Source of the DNA: a virus
UHGV virus genome: UHGV-0176991
Length of the DNA stretch: 44,683 nucleotides
Strand: one strand, 5' to 3'
Positions 34,208-43,970 of this stretch are shown piece by piece (position 1 is the stretch's first letter; every line of letters begins with the position of its first letter). The translations under genes were made by a program, and so were the position numbers. Under the pieces are notes generated by a model. The model worked only from the letters and a program-made list of their open reading frames with translations, was not told where the DNA came from and searched no databases.

Positions 34208-34839
34208 AAGGCGATAACGCGGGCGAACATACCTTCCCTTATCGCCTCTATCTCGCATCTTCTTGATTCTGCTATCCTTATCTTTTCAGCGATGTAGGCG
34301 TCTAGCGCTTCTTCCTGAGTTTCAAAACGTCCTAGATTAATAGTTTTTTTCTCATATTTCACTGAGGCTTTAAATTTACCTCTTGATTCTTCATAAAAAA
34401 CACCTGTAGGTGACTCACTATTTTTCCTTTCCAGTAGAAAAACATTCAACCATTGCGGGATAAAAATGCAAGTGGTGGGGCTGTATATCTTATTAATACC
34501 AGAGAATAAGTCCTTATCTAGTTCCCATCCTTCTACGTAATTACAAAGCCACCATCTACGGAAGGACATAAACCTTTGCCACCCATGCCACACAGTTACA
34601 TCCTTGTATGCAGGTCTTTTGTTTTTATACTCGACGTCTATGCAACGTTGGATCATCCCTCGCCACGTAGCGTACGCAGGACACGGCTCACGGTTGCCGT
34701 TTATCTTAGGACTAACCACATAATCGGCATCATTTATGCCAAAATCGCATATAGTTGCACGCCTAGTTTTGCTGCTTTTGTTCGCGGGATAATTCGCGCG
34801 CAGCCACATACTCTTAGCTACTTTTTCTGTGGGTATCAT
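34189..34839 (-). CDS. homing-endonuclease-like protein with C-terminal AP2 domain
   Basis: TGVFYEESRGKFKASVKYEKKTINLGRFETQEEALDAYIAEKI (AP2); AT-rich; reverse-oriented insert between tape-measure and minor tail genes. Confidence 0.55.
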   Translation of the reverse strand: MIPTEKVAKSMWLRANYPANKSSKTRRATICDFGINDADYVVSPKINGNREPCPAYATWRGMIQRCIDVEYKNKRPAYKDVTVWHGWQRFMSFRRWWLCNYVEGWELDKDLFSGINKIYSPTTCIFIPQWLNVFLLERKNSESPTGVFYEESRGKFKASVKYEKKTINLGRFETQEEALDAYIAEKIRIAESRRCEIEAIREGMFARVIALIKEGR

Positions 34840-34874
34840 GTTAGTATCTCCTAAAATAATAGGAGTATCTTACT

Positions 34875-35369
34875 ATGTCTTCTTTAAGATTTCCAACAAG
34901 TTTAAAGCCTATAGTGTCGAAGGGGTACTCCCAGACCAGGGGGAGTAATATCTGGCGCACCGAGGTTCAGGGCGGCCTACCTCGGCAGGGGCGAGACACG
35001 TACTTCGAACCGGTGCCGATTAGTGTGACGCTCGTCGTGTCTTCTCTCGGGCGTCAGGCGTTCTATAGCTTCCTGAACAACATCGACGGCGGGGCGTCCT
35101 CGTTTATCATGCCGCATGATACAGGTATGGGCATTGAGGACCACCAGGTACTCATCACCTCTACGATTAGCGACAGCACCGACGACGGAAAGAACTGGGT
35201 AATCACGTTCACCGCTACGGCGGAGCGAACAGCGATTCAGGAAGGCACATGCCTTACTAAGAATCTGCCCGATTTGTTCGGCTGTTATGGTGATTGCTTA
35301 GGCGGATTCCTTAAAGCATACGGAACCGCGCAATCAACGTTTCCACGTATTTGGGACCCAATGCAATGA
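34875..35369 (+). CDS. minor tail protein
   Basis: Position after tape measure; aggag SD. Confidence 0.5.
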   Translation: MSSLRFPTSLKPIVSKGYSQTRGSNIWRTEVQGGLPRQGRDTYFEPVPISVTLVVSSLGRQAFYSFLNNIDGGASSFIMPHDTGMGIEDHQVLITSTISDSTDDGKNWVITFTATAERTAIQEGTCLTKNLPDLFGCYGDCLGGFLKAYGTAQSTFPRIWDPMQ

Positions 35370-35881
35370 GTCAGGAATCAGTAGAAGCCGCCTATCGCCG
35401 TAAGCTGGCATCAAACCCAGATGGCGAACTGGATTACATTACTCTTGAAATAACGCACCCGCTTCTCTCGAAGCGGTGGTTGCTTGTGCGCGGTACTTCT
35501 GACCTTACCGCTACTCTTGAAACCGGGGAAACTGTTACGTTCGAGGCCACGCCTATGGACGCCAAGAACGCCGCGAACAATAATGACATGGACCAGACAG
35601 CGTCATTCTCGCTACCGGATGTCCTTAACATTCTCGATGAAGAGATGGGCCGCATCCCCTACAGCAACACAGAGTTGCCTAAATTCATATTCCGCCGCTA
35701 CGTAAGCACGGACCTGTCGTACCCGTGCGACGGCCCGGTGGTGTACGAATTGCAGACGTTGACGCAAGAAAAAGGCGTGTTCACCGCCGAGACCGGAACG
35801 CCTATGCTCAACCAACGGCAGACAGGAATACTGATGACACCGGAAGAAATACCGCTGTTGCGTGGGGTACTCTTGTCATGA
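35366..35881 (+). CDS. minor tail protein
   Basis: ATG overlapping upstream stop. Confidence 0.45.
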   Translation: MSQESVEAAYRRKLASNPDGELDYITLEITHPLLSKRWLLVRGTSDLTATLETGETVTFEATPMDAKNAANNNDMDQTASFSLPDVLNILDEEMGRIPYSNTELPKFIFRRYVSTDLSYPCDGPVVYELQTLTQEKGVFTAETGTPMLNQRQTGILMTPEEIPLLRGVLLS

Positions 35882-36243
35882 GTATCACCGATTATACGGG
35901 CACCCCTTATGACTTCCGTCGTTACAATTGTTGGCATCACGTGCGCAGGGTGCGCGGTGATGTTGGCCTATCTACGCCCGCTTTCGACGTAACATCACCA
36001 ACTGCGATACCCGCGGCGTTTGACGCGGGGCACTCCGACCCGAAAGGTCTGGAACGCGCTACCAGTCCGAAGAATTACGATGCTGTGTTGCTCGGTACTT
36101 ATCACAGGGGGCGTGTAGTGTGGCATGCAGGCGTGTATTATGATGGGATGGTAAGCCACTGCGAGTTAGCGTCCCGACAAGTTCGTCTCGACCGTCTGGA
36201 CGATTTACGGGACACATATCAGGAGATTGAATTTTGGCGATAG
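35878..36243 (+). CDS. tail assembly protein with NlpC/P60-like Cys-His motif
   Basis: YNCWHHV...HAGVYY; ATGA overlap. Confidence 0.4.
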   Translation: MSITDYTGTPYDFRRYNCWHHVRRVRGDVGLSTPAFDVTSPTAIPAAFDAGHSDPKGLERATSPKNYDAVLLGTYHRGRVVWHAGVYYDGMVSHCELASRQVRLDRLDDLRDTYQEIEFWR

Positions 36244-38783
36244 TTATCCACTACACCCGCAACGAAGACGGGACATTCACACAAAAACGGCATAACGACT
36301 CGCCGCTGAATTTCGTCGTAAACCATATCCCTGATGGCGTGCCGTTTCGCGTTTTCCTCGAAGAAATAGGCGAAGATAATGACGTAACAGAGGATTTTGA
36401 CGCCTTAAAACAGGATGCGGTTTTCCACATCCTGGAAGGTGCTGGTGGCGGCGCTATAAAGGGTGTGATGAAAGTGTTCAGCATAATCCTTAAACCGCTG
36501 GCTAAATTACTCACACCGTCAACAAAGGGCGCGTCTAACAATCTCGCTAACCAGCAAGCGGACTCGCCGAATAACAGTCTGACAGACCGAAATAACAAGG
36601 CCCGCCCGTACGAGCGAACTTATGACATCTGCGGTAGGGTGCAGACGATACCTAATAACCTTATGACCACTTATAAGGTTTTCGATAATGCAGGCCGTAT
36701 CATCGAGTATGGCTACTATGATGCCGGGCGCGGGTATCTTGACGTTAAAGCAGAAGACATCACCGACGGTGACACCAAAGTCCAGGAGATAACCGGAACC
36801 TCTGTCGCTGTGTATGCCCCGTACACATCGCCCAACAACACAAGCTCTCCGCAACTTCTTGTTGGGGAGGCTATCGGCCAAAAGTTGTATATAACCATCG
36901 CATCTAATGAAGTAGATGGTGCGGTACTGAAAGCTCAAAACGGCATAAGAGTAAACCCAAGCGACACCGGAGAGATATCGCTGCAAGGGACAACGGGTAT
37001 TGTACGTGATGCAACCGGGGATTCCGCGTTTACAGAAATTCTGTCAGTTGGCGATGTGGCCGTTTTCAATCTCATTCTGGTAAAAGATGTTGCTAACGTA
37101 AGCGGTAATTATACGGTCACTTACGTCGATGATTTCGAGGTTAGAGTCGCTGTAGGCGGTATGCTCACCGAATGGCAGAAGTTGCCGTCTGGTTTTACCC
37201 GGCTGACACAGGGCAATGAGGCGTGGATTTCACCATCAAACACATATGATAAATCATTAACCGACTGGACAACGCTTAACCGTCTGCCGGTAGAACGTAT
37301 CGTTGCTAATATCGCCGCCGCTAACGGCATGTATAAAGACAACGGCAGTAAACTAAGGGCGTCTGTTACAGTCGAGTTGCAGTACCAGTTACTAGATACC
37401 ACCGGAACACCTTACGGGCCTATATACAGTAAACAAGGCACTATCTCTGGGCGCTCCTCGGATTACACCGGCGTGACAATCTACGCTGACCTGCCATCGA
37501 CGTCTAATGTTCGCGTACGGGCGCGCAGGGTAACAAACCTGGACCTTGCTTTCGAAGGTACGGTAGTGGACGAGGTTTCGTACATAAACCTGTACGGGCA
37601 AATACGCGACACCACACCTAACTACGGCAACAGAACCACCGTGCATTCCGCACGTAAACAGACGCCCAGGGCCGCAGAGGTTAAACAGCCACAATTGCGA
37701 ATGGTAGTAACTGAGATGGTGTACAAGTACCTCGGTAACGGTGTTTTTGACTCCGTAAGAACGCCAAACACACAGGCTGTACAGTCGCTGATTCGTCTTG
37801 CCCGTGACCCGGATGTAGGCGCGTTGAATCTGACAACGGCAAATATGGATAAACTGTTGACGGTACAAAGCGAAATTGAAAGCTATTTCGGAAGCACATC
37901 CGCGGGGGAGTTTTGTTACACGTTTGATGACTATAAAACTACGATGCAGGACATAGTAACTACGATAGCGGAGGCAATTTTCTGTACCCCATATCGGAGA
38001 GGTGCGGATATTCTTCTGGACTTTGAACGCCCTCGGATTGGCCCTGAGATGGTATTCACCCATCGCAGCAAAACTACCGCTACGGAGAAGTGGACGCGCA
38101 CGTTTAACGATGCCCAGGTATACGATAGCCTTAAGTTTTCATACATCGACCCGGATACTAACGTCAAAGAGACAATCAGCATCCCGGCCGAGGGTGGGGT
38201 TAATACTGAAACGTACGACTCTAAAGGTATCCGTAATTATCGTCAGGCATACTGGGCTGCATATCGCCGCTATCAGAAAAACCTGTTGAAGAAGGTAACA
38301 GTATCATTCACGGCGACAGAAGAAGGGATTTTTGCGATGCCCGGACGTGTGGTAAGTGTGGTAAAAGGTTCGCGTATGGCCCCACAAGACGGCTATGTAA
38401 TCGCCGTTAATGGGCTTACGCTTACTCTTTCTCAGTCAGTTACATTTACCCCCGGTGACGACCACTCACTGATTCTCAAAAAGCGTGACGGTGGTGTTCA
38501 GAGTGTTGCCGTTGTTCCTGGAAGCCACGACCGTGAAGTGGTTATGCTCTCCGCGCCTCAGGAGGCAATCTACACAGGGAATAGTGCGCTAAAAACTGAG
38601 TTTTCATTCGGCAACGAAGCAAGGCATAATGCTCAGATGATTCTTGTTTCTACAGTTGACCCAGGAGACGACAGAACAGTTAAGATTACCGGGATTAACT
38701 ACGAAGCGGATTTCTACAAATACGACGGCGTCGCACCTTTCGGTCGCGGTTTCTCCGACGGATTAAGCAATGGTTTTAGTTAA
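36234..38783 (+). CDS. tail tip / central tail fibre protein (gpJ-like)
   Basis: 849 aa; TTG start per ORF track with AGGAG upstream. Confidence 0.5.
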   Translation: MAIVIHYTRNEDGTFTQKRHNDSPLNFVVNHIPDGVPFRVFLEEIGEDNDVTEDFDALKQDAVFHILEGAGGGAIKGVMKVFSIILKPLAKLLTPSTKGASNNLANQQADSPNNSLTDRNNKARPYERTYDICGRVQTIPNNLMTTYKVFDNAGRIIEYGYYDAGRGYLDVKAEDITDGDTKVQEITGTSVAVYAPYTSPNNTSSPQLLVGEAIGQKLYITIASNEVDGAVLKAQNGIRVNPSDTGEISLQGTTGIVRDATGDSAFTEILSVGDVAVFNLILVKDVANVSGNYTVTYVDDFEVRVAVGGMLTEWQKLPSGFTRLTQGNEAWISPSNTYDKSLTDWTTLNRLPVERIVANIAAANGMYKDNGSKLRASVTVELQYQLLDTTGTPYGPIYSKQGTISGRSSDYTGVTIYADLPSTSNVRVRARRVTNLDLAFEGTVVDEVSYINLYGQIRDTTPNYGNRTTVHSARKQTPRAAEVKQPQLRMVVTEMVYKYLGNGVFDSVRTPNTQAVQSLIRLARDPDVGALNLTTANMDKLLTVQSEIESYFGSTSAGEFCYTFDDYKTTMQDIVTTIAEAIFCTPYRRGADILLDFERPRIGPEMVFTHRSKTTATEKWTRTFNDAQVYDSLKFSYIDPDTNVKETISIPAEGGVNTETYDSKGIRNYRQAYWAAYRRYQKNLLKKVTVSFTATEEGIFAMPGRVVSVVKGSRMAPQDGYVIAVNGLTLTLSQSVTFTPGDDHSLILKKRDGGVQSVAVVPGSHDREVVMLSAPQEAIYTGNSALKTEFSFGNEARHNAQMILVSTVDPGDDRTVKITGINYEADFYKYDGVAPFGRGFSDGLSNGFS

Positions 38784-38795
38784 AGAGGACTCTAT

Positions 38796-40982
38796 ATGTC
38801 AAGCGGATGCGGTGACGTTTTAAGCCTGGCGGATTTACAAACCGCCAAGAAACACCAGATTTTCGAAGCCGAGGTTATCACCGGTAAACAGGGCGGCGTT
38901 GCGTCCGGTGCTGATATTGATTACGCGACCAACCAGGTTACTGGTCAGACACAGAAGACGCTCCCCGCCGTGTTGCGTGACGCAGGTTTTTCTCCTGTAT
39001 CGTGGGACTTCTCAACGGGGGGCACGCTATCTGTTAATGACCGGGATAAAGTGGTTTACGACCCTGTTAGCGAAACATGGTATTCGTACGCTGGTACACT
39101 TCCTGTTACAGTTCCCGCTGGTTTTAATCCGGTTGGTAACGCTGACTGGAAGCCTCAGACAGACCCGGATTTGCGCGATGACCTGGGGTCGACATCGGGT
39201 GCCGGATTAGTAGGCTACGATACTGCGCAGACGTATCCATCTGGCAGTGTGGGATATGCTATTAACAATCTTCACGCTAAGAAAGTTTACGCTGTTGACT
39301 TTGGTGTGAAAGCTGACGGAAGTGACGATACAGCCGCGCTGCAAGCGCTGTCGGTAGCCGTCAGTGCTATGACTGACGCCGTAGTAGAGGTAGTGTTCCC
39401 TCAGGGGGTATCGCGTGTAGGGTATCAGGACCAGGCTCCGACATCCACTTCCGGCTATTCATTCCGTCCCGGGTATGTAGCCGCTAATGGTAACGTCGGA
39501 TGGTTTTTCGTCAACGGGCGCTCTGGCACTACCATCATTAACGCTCGCGGTTGGACTATAAAGCTCAACGATGGCATGAAGCACGGGTCATTTAACCCGA
39601 CCACTGGTTTAGCTCACGCCAGTACATCTCCTTTTAGAGACACTAATTACCAGGCATGGGCAGGTAGCTTGGTTGCGTTCAAAGGATGTGAGCACGTTAT
39701 TCGTATTGGTTTGACGGTAGATGGTAGTGCCGATACCGCAACATGGGGCGGGGTATACGGTGATACCGGCTGGCAGTGCGCTTCCTTCGGCATATGGGAT
39801 ACCGCTAACGTTCGTGTGGAAGCATACGACGATGCTGTTAATAACTGCTTGCTGGATAATTTATACATATCCGTCGAGTCAGGATGGAGTCCCTCCGCAT
39901 CCGGCGTTCAGCGCAGTGCTGACTATTACAATGGCACTTACACTGACGGTCGTCGTCAGAACATTACTATCGCTGGTGGCCAAAATATACGCTTCCACGG
40001 GGGCACCGCCGCCAGGGCTGGGCGTACCTCCATTAACGCCGGTTCTTACTATTCTGCTCCAGAGGCTAACGTAGATATTGAGACCGAATCCGGGCCAGTG
40101 CAGGATGTAGTTTTTAATGACTTCAAGATGCTGTACGGAGGTATAAACAGCTTTGTAGCGGCTAGCTTTATTAATGGTTTTACCCGTGCAACATTAAATC
40201 GCTGTACTCTGCGTAGCACTAGCAGCATTGCACAGATTTATACAACCGGGTCAGGGATACGCTTCAACGACTGCCTCATCGAAGGTTCTGGTATAGATGT
40301 ACGTAAGACTAATGCCGGGAATACTCCTGTTGAGTTCCGCCGCTGCATTATACGTAACCACATCTCTGGTACTGCGGCCCCATGGCAACGCTTTGTAGGT
40401 GAAATAGGTGTAATGGAGGACTGCTACTGGGACATCATTATGAACGCCGGTGTGAGCAGTACCAGTCCTCTGTTCACCTTCACGGCTAATGATGCAACTG
40501 TATCCCCGCCGTACCCAGCTAAGGGGTTGTGGCGCTACAATATTATTAACCTGTCAGGTAACCAAGACTTAATAACCGCAGCAACTAACGGCCGGGTTTA
40601 TCTTGGTAGCATTCAGTTTTTCTTTGATATGGATATGCGAATACTTACATCAGGATTAACTGGTACGCTGACTCTGGACATCAACACTGAAGGAAGTACA
40701 GTTAACCAGCGAGGTATTACCACTGATACACAAAAAGTAGTAGATAGAACTTCCGGGTCAAGTACTGCTATGGCCTCTGGCGGTTACTTCCTGAACCGAA
40801 CGATGCAAGTAGCCGCTTCTGTACTGGCCCCTAAAACAACGGGATTGCAACTAGGTACAAATACTCTGCGATTAGGTGAAATCTATATTGGACAGGCAGG
40901 TATTCGTATTCAGGATAGTGCGGGCGGCAACTGGAGAATCACAGTTAGTTCCAGCGGAACCATTGTAGTAACCGCAGCTTAA
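38796..40982 (+). CDS. tail spike / tail fibre protein
   Basis: 728 aa last structural gene; Gly/Asn/Thr-rich repetitive C-terminal half. Confidence 0.55.
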   Translation: MSSGCGDVLSLADLQTAKKHQIFEAEVITGKQGGVASGADIDYATNQVTGQTQKTLPAVLRDAGFSPVSWDFSTGGTLSVNDRDKVVYDPVSETWYSYAGTLPVTVPAGFNPVGNADWKPQTDPDLRDDLGSTSGAGLVGYDTAQTYPSGSVGYAINNLHAKKVYAVDFGVKADGSDDTAALQALSVAVSAMTDAVVEVVFPQGVSRVGYQDQAPTSTSGYSFRPGYVAANGNVGWFFVNGRSGTTIINARGWTIKLNDGMKHGSFNPTTGLAHASTSPFRDTNYQAWAGSLVAFKGCEHVIRIGLTVDGSADTATWGGVYGDTGWQCASFGIWDTANVRVEAYDDAVNNCLLDNLYISVESGWSPSASGVQRSADYYNGTYTDGRRQNITIAGGQNIRFHGGTAARAGRTSINAGSYYSAPEANVDIETESGPVQDVVFNDFKMLYGGINSFVAASFINGFTRATLNRCTLRSTSSIAQIYTTGSGIRFNDCLIEGSGIDVRKTNAGNTPVEFRRCIIRNHISGTAAPWQRFVGEIGVMEDCYWDIIMNAGVSSTSPLFTFTANDATVSPPYPAKGLWRYNIINLSGNQDLITAATNGRVYLGSIQFFFDMDMRILTSGLTGTLTLDINTEGSTVNQRGITTDTQKVVDRTSGSSTAMASGGYFLNRTMQVAASVLAPKTTGLQLGTNTLRLGEIYIGQAGIRIQDSAGGNWRITVSSSGTIVVTAA

Positions 40983-40996
40983 TATTGTATAAAACT

Positions 40997-41020
40997 AAGG
41001 CCCCTTTCGGGGCCTTTTCT
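40997..41020. terminator. bidirectional GC hairpin terminator aaggcccc-tttc-ggggcctt
   Basis: Between convergent late (+) and early (-) blocks. Confidence 0.65.
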
Positions 41021-41158
41021 CTACTCTTCTGATAACTTCTCCAGTACAAACGCCAGTTGCGCATTAGCGGCGTCCCTCTGTTGCCGTAGTCGTAGAACCT
41101 CCTCCTCAAGTTCCTTGATACGTTTTTGCAATGCTGGAATCGGGGCTATGATGTTCAT
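41021..41158 (-). CDS. hypothetical small coiled-coil protein (45 aa)
   Basis: Hand translation MNIIAPIPALQKRIKELEEEVLRLRQQ...; ATGA overlap with upstream gene. Confidence 0.3.
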   Translation of the reverse strand: MNIIAPIPALQKRIKELEEEVLRLRQQRDAANAQLAFVLEKLSEE

Positions 41159-41340
41159 TTTTTACCTTCGCTTTTCTTGAAACTGCGCTTTATATCCGAC
41201 AGCGTGTAGCACCGTGATTTTTCGTATTTACCGTCCGAGCTTACCAAAACAAAGCTGTTGCCGTCTTTTGATATGTACTCGATGGTGAAAATATTGAATG
41301 AATGTACGCTGTATATTTCATCGCCAACATTAAGTTTCAT
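41155..41340 (-). CDS. hypothetical small basic protein
   Basis: 61 aa ORF overlapping helicase stop. Confidence 0.4.
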   Translation of the reverse strand: MKLNVGDEIYSVHSFNIFTIEYISKDGNSFVLVSSDGKYEKSRCYTLSDIKRSFKKSEGKK

Positions 41341-42761
41341 CTCTTACCCCGTCTCTTCATGTAATTAAGCAACTCTTCCTGAACCGATTTCTTCTCGTCT
41401 GTACGCGCGGCAACAACCTCGTCCAGCGTGTCCTTAGCAACAATGTGGTAGAGGAACACCGGTCGCTCGTGACCCGCCTGTTTCTGACGTACCGGGCCGA
41501 TGCGCTCGACAACCTGCAAATAGTGCTCGAGGTTCCAGCCTTGCGAAATAAACGCCAGATGATGCCCGCCGTCCTGTAAATTCAAACCATGCCCGGCTGA
41601 CGCAGGGTGTACGCATAATATTTCGATTTCACCTCGGTTCCACGCTTCCATCTGCTTATTACCTTTAGCGCCTTTTGCAAACGCCTGTGCCTGTGGGAAC
41701 CGCTTAAGGATGCGCTCCAGCTCGTGCTTAAACTGATAGGCGACCAGTAACGGCGCACCCTGTAACTCCTCGACAATTGACTCAAGCGCGTCCAGTTTAG
41801 TGTCATGCACTTTCTCCCAGTCTTTGGTTGCTTCTCCGTCTGGCCCTGATACATACACAGCACCGGATGCAATCTGCAAGCACTTCGACGTCTTCGCCGC
41901 CGCGTTAGCCGCTTCAACTTCTCCGCTCTCCAGTTCCGCGAATAACTTCTCCTCCATGTCTATGTACGCCTGACGTGCTTTCTTCGGCAGGTCGATCTCA
42001 ACCGGTACAATAATCGGCGCTTCACAACCAAACCACTCGGCTGGGTCGATGGTCAGACTGATGTCTTTCATCTTCTGGTGAATTTCATTATCGGCACCAG
42101 GGCGCGCGTGATATTCACGGGCCATCGCCGACTTACCTTTCTGTACCGAGTTAAACCAGCGGTCGGTGAACGCAGTGTACGATGAACCGAGGCGCTCGCC
42201 AGCGTCGATAAACCAGTTTTGACCCCACAAGTCTTTGAGGCCGTTTGGCGATGGTGTACCTGTCAGGTTGATGAAACGCTTAACCTTTCCGAACGCCACT
42301 TTGCTTAGCGCCTTAGCCCGTTTGCTTCCGCCAGAACGGCTGCGGAACGATTTCAACTTCGTGCTTTCATCGGCAACGATAACCGTAAAAGGCCAGTCGT
42401 CTTTGCCGTAGTAGTCAATCAGCCACTCGATAACTTCGTAGTTAGTGCACACCACATTAGCATCTGACTCCAGCGCTGCGATGCGGCGTTTCTCTGAACC
42501 AGTAGCGTCGACAACACGCAGACAAGGGAAGCTCCATTTCTCCTGTTCTGCGGGCCACGTACCCGATGCAACTCGTAACGGGGCGAGGATTAACACGCGG
42601 TCCTCTTCAGTAAGCTGTCCGTTGCGAAACAATCTGTTGAGCACCCACATAGTAGAGGAGGTTTTACCCCCTCCCATGCCGCACCAGATATTACAGCGCG
42701 GGTGTTTCAGCATGAACGAAGTCATGAGCTTCTGATATTCGCGCCTTTGAAACTTACTCAT
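41337..42761 (-). CDS. SNF2-family (SF2) helicase
   Basis: Walker A CGMGGGKT, DEST box VADESTKL, TGTPSPNG, SAGHGLNLQDGGH...GWNLEH. Confidence 0.75.
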   Translation of the reverse strand: MSKFQRREYQKLMTSFMLKHPRCNIWCGMGGGKTSSTMWVLNRLFRNGQLTEEDRVLILAPLRVASGTWPAEQEKWSFPCLRVVDATGSEKRRIAALESDANVVCTNYEVIEWLIDYYGKDDWPFTVIVADESTKLKSFRSRSGGSKRAKALSKVAFGKVKRFINLTGTPSPNGLKDLWGQNWFIDAGERLGSSYTAFTDRWFNSVQKGKSAMAREYHARPGADNEIHQKMKDISLTIDPAEWFGCEAPIIVPVEIDLPKKARQAYIDMEEKLFAELESGEVEAANAAAKTSKCLQIASGAVYVSGPDGEATKDWEKVHDTKLDALESIVEELQGAPLLVAYQFKHELERILKRFPQAQAFAKGAKGNKQMEAWNRGEIEILCVHPASAGHGLNLQDGGHHLAFISQGWNLEHYLQVVERIGPVRQKQAGHERPVFLYHIVAKDTLDEVVAARTDEKKSVQEELLNYMKRRGKR

Positions 42762-43575
42762 TTACTGCCCCCATGAACGCCTTTATAAATTCAGCAGCTA
42801 CTTGCGGGACGATGGCATTGCCGTAACCGCGCAATCGTCCCACTCTGGCGGGTATCCCATTAGCCAGCGGGAATGTGCCGGGTTCAACTGGCCTGAATTT
42901 CCCATCCCGGCATCCGAGCCAGTCAGTATCTGACCAAAAGCCGTTATGCGGATTGGTTGTGTTATAGCCGCCGCTTGCGCCACGTCCTGGGGTCCACCCT
43001 TCCTCTGAATTTCGGACAACGCGCCGTCCAGTGTCCGGACATTCTTCTCCCCGTCGGCGCTGCGAGGAGTGGGCCAGGTTGTGTGCGCCAAAGAACAGTC
43101 TGTCTCGCTTGTGCGGTGCGCCGACGCTACAAGCTGGGAGTACGGCAAACCCGACGGCGTAGTCTTCTCCCTCCAGGTGAGTTTGTAAATCACACATCCA
43201 CGATTTTCCAATTGCTGCCGCAACTTGTTCCCCAAAGAGGACTGGAGGTCGGCACTCGCTGATGAGGTCGAGGAATACGGGCGCGAGGTGTCTCGGGTCG
43301 AACTGTCCGAGTTGCTTTCCTGCCGTGCTAAACGGTTGGCAAGGCGGGCTTCCCGTCCAGAGAGGCGTATCTTCCGAAACTCCCGCAAGTCTGAGCGCGA
43401 GAGGCCAGCCGCCGATACCAGCGAAAAAATGACACTGGGTGAACCCGTCAAGGTCTTCTGGTCTAACTTCAGTAATGCTTCTTTCATCTACAACTCCAAA
43501 AGGTATATGACCCTGTTTTATTAGTTCACGCAGCCACGCGGCTGCACCCTTATCCCATTCGTTGTAATAGTTCAT
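42754..43575 (-). CDS. DNA (cytosine-5)-methyltransferase (motifs partly in an overlapping second frame)
   Basis: FAGIGG (I), GSPPCQPFS (IV), LFGEQV (VI-like), HKRDRLFF (VIII), GNAIVPQV (X); motif IX-like sequence lies in ORF 42798..43487. Confidence 0.65.
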   Translation of the reverse strand: MNYYNEWDKGAAAWLRELIKQGHIPFGVVDERSITEVRPEDLDGFTQCHFFAGIGGWPLALRLAGVSEDTPLWTGSPPCQPFSTAGKQLGQFDPRHLAPVFLDLISECRPPVLFGEQVAAAIGKSWMCDLQTHLEGEDYAVGFAVLPACSVGAPHKRDRLFFGAHNLAHSSQRRRGEECPDTGRRVVRNSEEGWTPGRGASGGYNTTNPHNGFWSDTDWLGCRDGKFRPVEPGTFPLANGIPARVGRLRGYGNAIVPQVAAEFIKAFMGAVNE

Positions 43576-43763
43576 TTTGCCACCAGAACTAACTCTTTAC
43601 GCCCGAACGCCGTAACGTTACCGGTTACGTCTTCAATAACCAGTTTGCCGTTCCGCTCGACGAACACCGTATCTACGGCAACAGGACGACGGGTCTTAAC
43701 GTTGAAAATCATGTCGCCAGGTACGATGTCGCGTGCTGGTTTGCGGTCATATTCGTGTTTCAT
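43572..43763 (-). CDS. hypothetical small protein
   Basis: 63 aa; AGGAA SD within 23-nt repeated initiation region. Confidence 0.45.
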   Translation of the reverse strand: MKHEYDRKPARDIVPGDMIFNVKTRRPVAVDTVFVERNGKLVIEDVTGNVTAFGRKELVLVAK

Positions 43764-43780
43764 TTCTCAATTCCTTATAG

Positions 43781-43939
43781 TTAAGCGTATCTATTGTATG
43801 TGTTGGCCTTGCAGGCATAATATTGTCGTTCCGCGACGTGGAACGGCTTACCCATTTCTTTTATAAGAACATCCATAAATTTCTTCATGTCACCACCCAC
43901 AGAGGCGAAAACTTTTTCGGCATACTTCGCTGGTTTCAT
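43781..43939 (-). CDS. hypothetical small protein (52 aa)
   Basis: Hand translation MKPAKYAEKVFASVGGDMKKF...; same 23-nt initiation region as 43572..43763. Confidence 0.35.
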   Translation of the reverse strand: MKPAKYAEKVFASVGGDMKKFMDVLIKEMGKPFHVAERQYYACKANTYNRYA

Positions 43940-43970
43940 TTCTCAATTCCTTATATTGTTGGGGTATGTG

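Noticed and set aside
42798-43487. Second-frame ORF in the methyltransferase region as an independent gene
   Set aside because: It has no start context of its own, and its recognisable parts look like the target-recognition region and motif IX of the same methyltransferase, so it is treated as part of a frame-split gene rather than a separate overlapping gene.
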